A stretch of DNA of 64,000 nucleotides, from NCBI RefSeq assembly GCF_000143415.4, contig NW_003314442.1:1-64000 (forward strand), in the 5' to 3' direction. The notes beneath the pieces were generated by a model that saw only the letters and a program-made list of their open reading frames with translations, was not told the origin of the DNA and ran no database searches. Positions 62,433-64,000 of the stretch are shown piece after piece (within the stretch, counting starts at the first letter, position 1; each line of letters opens with the position of its first letter). Made by a program: the position numbers and the translations under genes. Origin of the DNA: Selaginella moellendorffii. Lineage: Eukaryota > Plantae > Lycopodiophyta.

Positions 62433-64000
62433 ATGGCGCTCAGGGCATCAACAGCTTGGGCTGACGCGCCGCGGGGCCTCCAGCTCGACAGCAAGAAGCG
62501 GGAATGTGTCTTCGTTGTCAATCCCAAAGGTACATCAAGACCAAGCCTCCCACTCCATGCTAACGGGATAAACTTAGGAGCTAATGGTCGCACTGGCAGG
62601 GAATGGAGCAACATTTTCCCCAAGCTCTCGCTTGAGCTCAGCAAACATTACAATGTGAGTAAGTATGTTGATTCTATGTTTGCAAGATCTTGGCACTCGC
62701 AGGTCTCTCAGGTGAGGACGTCGGGACCATTCCATGCCACGGAAGCTACAAGAAAGGTTTCTGGAGAGTTTGTTTCAAGACCTCTTTTCTATCGTTGCTT
62801 GCAGGCTGTTGAGGACGGAGCTGCTGCTGTGATTGCCGTTGGTGGCGATGGTACACTTCACGAGGTATTCTTTTGTCCGTTCCAACTCTTTCACGACATT
62901 CATCCTTTGCGATCAGGTTGTGAATGGCTTCTTTCACGACAATTGCGCCTCCGCGGATGAGAGCAGCCATAAGACAGCTCTCGGGGTAGGCCGGTTGCTT
63001 AAAACTCAATCCTTGCTTGACCTGCAAATGCAAATGAAAATGGATGCCTGCAGCTCATCCCTCTTGGAACAGGCTCGGATTTTGCTCGAACATTCGGCTG
63101 GTAAACTTTTCCCGTTTTGTGATAATTCATTTTCATATATATATTCTCAACCTTGACACTGAACAGGAGCAATGATCCTTACCAAGCCATTCATCGGATC
63201 GCCCGAGGTGTGGATATAGTCTGTTCTTGACATGGTATCACAGCTTTAAAACTTTACTAGGAGACCATCGACGCATTGACACTGGCTACGTTTCTGTTGG
63301 TGGAAACCGGCATCATTTCATCAACGTTGGAGCACTTCATTTGTATGTCTGCTCTTTGCTTTCCCGGCACTTGCTTACCGTGCTTGACAGGAGCGCACAG
63401 GCCGGATACCATGCCACTAAGTATAAGTGGCTGGGAAACTTGTCTTACGTGATAGGGGCATTGCAGGCGTTCATGCATCACAAGAATCGCGACCTTGATA
63501 TCCGGGTAAATAACTTTTTGTGTTTTCTTTTCCTCAAAGTTTTTTTCTTGTTACACAGATCAACGGAGAGGAGTGGAAACGTTTTTCAAGAGTTACATCC
63601 ATTGCAATTGGAAATGGCAAGTACTTTGGCGGCGGCATGAAAATCACGCCAACAGCGGATCCTTACAGTGGAGATCTTGAGGTATGTGTGTGACCCTCGA
63701 CGGGGTCAAAGATGTAACAGTGGAGGAGAGATGATGCGCTCGCAGGTGACCATTTTGCAACACTTTCAGTGGTACCACTTTGTGATACACTTGTTCAAGC
63801 TGTACAAGGGCACTTTTCTCGAACTGAACAATACGTGGCGGTTCGACAAGTAGGTCTATGTCTCACCATCGGCTTGTCGATTGAAGGTGGCTTTGTTTCA
63901 GAGTGAAGAGCATCGAGATTAAGGAGGCCGACAACGAGAGTGGAGATGACGGCGTGTTTGTCCAGGCTGATGGAGAGCATCTTGGTTTTCTTCCCGCCGA
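62433..64000 (+). CDS. DAGK-catalytic-domain lipid kinase, sphingoid long-chain base kinase 2-like; runs off the window end
   Basis: [76 protein letters not shown]. Confidence 0.88.

Overview
This is eukaryotic land-plant nuclear DNA with very short introns (~50-70 nt), tiny intergenic gaps and an intact axonemal inner-arm dynein heavy chain. That points to a plant with flagellated sperm, most consistent with the lycophyte Selaginella (inference). Gene order: degenerate pogo-superfamily (DD35D) transposon, AIP2-like RING E3, a small unannotated EB1-C-terminus-like gene, DNAH1-like dynein (~15 kb), an orphan intronless ORF, SPATA20-like, DUF641, class II TPS, JASON-like, SagB-type nitroreductase, PAA1 Cu-ATPase. 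A rearranged zone follows: double alpha-crystallin pseudogene, membrane-anchored metacaspase-like gene with a 315-bp fold-back, a chimeric duplication and nad5 fragments. Next comes a tightly packed minus-strand run of four genes (uncharacterised plant protein, RING-pseudokinase-WD40, HCF244, coiled-coil). The end of the window holds a TRIM-like LTR element, a PIF/Harbinger element and the start of an LCB-kinase-like DAGK gene. Most interesting: the CH-less EB1-like microprotein candidate next to the dynein, the metacaspase hairpin locus, the PCH1-type alternative acceptor in PAA1, and the operon-like spacing. All exon structures and family assignments were made by eye and from memory of the families; no searches were run.
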